A stretch of DNA of 63,798 nt, the filler included, from Craspedostauros australis (Eukaryota), in NCBI GenBank assembly GCA_030167865.1. It is 11 parts of 11 records of this genome, joined end to end, with 100 filler letters (N's around TTAATTAATTAA, not from the genome) between each part and the next. Parts side by side here need not be neighbours in the genome. Positions count along the whole stretch, not along the records: positions 62,293 to 63,798 come from JALAGF010004848.1; 10 more parts are not named here. One strand, 5' to 3'. Under the pieces are notes generated by a model. That model had not been told where the DNA came from and searched no databases. It worked only from the letters and a program-made list of their open reading frames with translations. This document shows, piece after piece, positions 62,293-63,798 of this stretch; the stretch's first letter is position 1; the number at the start of each line of letters is the position of its first letter. A program made the position numbers and the translations under genes.

Positions 62293-63798
62293 CCTCGTAA
62301 GGCGTGGAAGGCTCTCGAGCGCATCTACGAGCAACGTACTGCGCCAATGAAGGCAAAGTTGTTGGCTCAGCTCAACAGGATGCAATTGAAGAAAGGCGAA
62401 CATCCGGATACCTTCCTCACCGAAATGGAGGTGATCTGTAACCGCCTTAAGCACGCGGGAGTTAACATGGACATGGAGCTGTACCACATGCTCGTGCTCA
62501 ACGCTCTCGGGAGGGACTACAAAATGGATGTGAAGCTCATCGAGCTCAAGTTCGAGAACATCGAAAAGCAGATGACTATCGAAGACATCCGCGAAGCAGT
62601 GAGTGCAACCTACGACGCACGTCACATCAAGCAAGGAGGTAGTAANNNNNNNNNNNNNNNNNNNNNNNNNNNNNNNNNNNNNGCCACTGGTGGCTTCAAG
62701 GGCCACTGCCGCAACTGCGGCGCCTACGGGCACAAGAAGGCTGACTGCCGCTCTGCGCCTAAGAACAAAGGTGGCAAGCCCCTGAAGAAGAACAAGAGAA
62801 GTGATACTGAGGACAAGACCAAGTTCAACGGAAACTGCAAGTACTGCGGTAAGAAGGGACACAAGATCCTCGAGTGCTTCAAGTTNAAGGCAGCNATGAG
62901 AGCAGCCGNCGCCGCCAACGTGGCCACCGACGGTATGGACGGAACAGACGACGTCGCCCTCGTGATGGTCGAGGAACCGATGTGGTTACCCGAAGACGCC
63001 ACGGCAGACAACGCCGCGTTCGTCGTGGTAGACGAACCCATGTGGATGCCCGCTAGCGACGAAGAAGACGATATCGATCTCATGATGACCGATGAATCCA
63101 TGTGGTTGCCCGACGAAGACAAGTCGGCCAACAACGAAGAATTGGTGTGTTTCCCCACTGACGAGCTCGAAAACGACCCCGTTGAGGTCAAAAATGTGAC
63201 CAACCCAAGAATCGTGACAATCGACGAAATCACGAACATCAAGAAAAACCAAACAATCAACACCACCGACATGGCGCACTACGAATCGTTCATCGACGAC
63301 ATGGCCCTCGCAACCACCGACGAAGACATGACCGGACTCGACCTCGAAGAAGAGGTCGAGTACTCCAAAGAGGAACGAGAGGCCCACACCCCGAGTGTGT
63401 ACGGATACTACGGACCCCCAGTTGCTGCAGTTGAGACCATCAACCGCGAGCACTTCCCATCAAGCGACGAAGANNNNNNNNNNNNNNNNNNNNNNNNNNN
63501 NNNNNNNNNNNNNNNNNNNNNNNNNNCCCTCAACGTCGGAGACATCATGGAGAATGAAGTAGCGATGCCTGGAGTCGACCATCGCGTCACCTCCACCATC
63601 TACTCTCGAACCAAACCAAGGACTCTGGTCGATCGAATGATCGAAGAGTCGTCCCGCAATGGAGGGAGCACCACAGGATGGTGCCCGCTGTGTTTTCAGC
63701 GCGGCCCTCTCTATGCCATGTGCAAGACCTGCCGTAACTCGCCGTTCCTCATCCAACTGGCAAACCCCCCTGCAAGGGCGGCGCCAACAACGATCCAA
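62293..63798 (+). mobile_element. Copia family C gag-pol fragment
   Basis: PRKAWKALERIY, HPDTFLTEME, two CCHC knuckles, acidic linker, GWCPLCFQRGPLYAMCKTC. Confidence 0.85.

Overview
Eukaryotic nuclear DNA, almost certainly from a diatom: it has a silicon transporter (SIT) fragment, an ASAF-type plastid targeting signal, RXL-motif secreted proteins, GT-AG introns and diatom-style Copia elements. It is not one locus. Ten artificial spacers (about 44 N + TTAATTAATTAA + about 44 N) join 11 separate contigs, so nothing can be inferred across them. The first ~33 kb is gene-rich: lactonase, SDR, P-loop protein, Cys-rich adhesin-like protein, large modular RXL precursor, BTB pseudogene, SIT, Rab5IP/EMC6-family protein, 5'-nucleotidase, ankyrin protein and a plastid repeat protein. 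The rest is mostly nested mobile DNA: about three Copia families, a DIRS-like RT-RNaseH, an RNaseH-bearing LINE, a piggyBac fragment and a ~750 bp TIR element. It also holds an AAA ATPase gene and a tandem fucosyltransferase-like array. The most novel candidates are a secreted polyprotein whose Cys-linked modules are each split by RXL-bounded inserts, a Copia family with a 12-bp palindrome in place of a tRNA primer site and a 6-bp TSD, and a DIRS-like ORF with a possible degenerate C5-methyltransferase N-terminus. All family calls come from motif recognition by eye; no searches were run.
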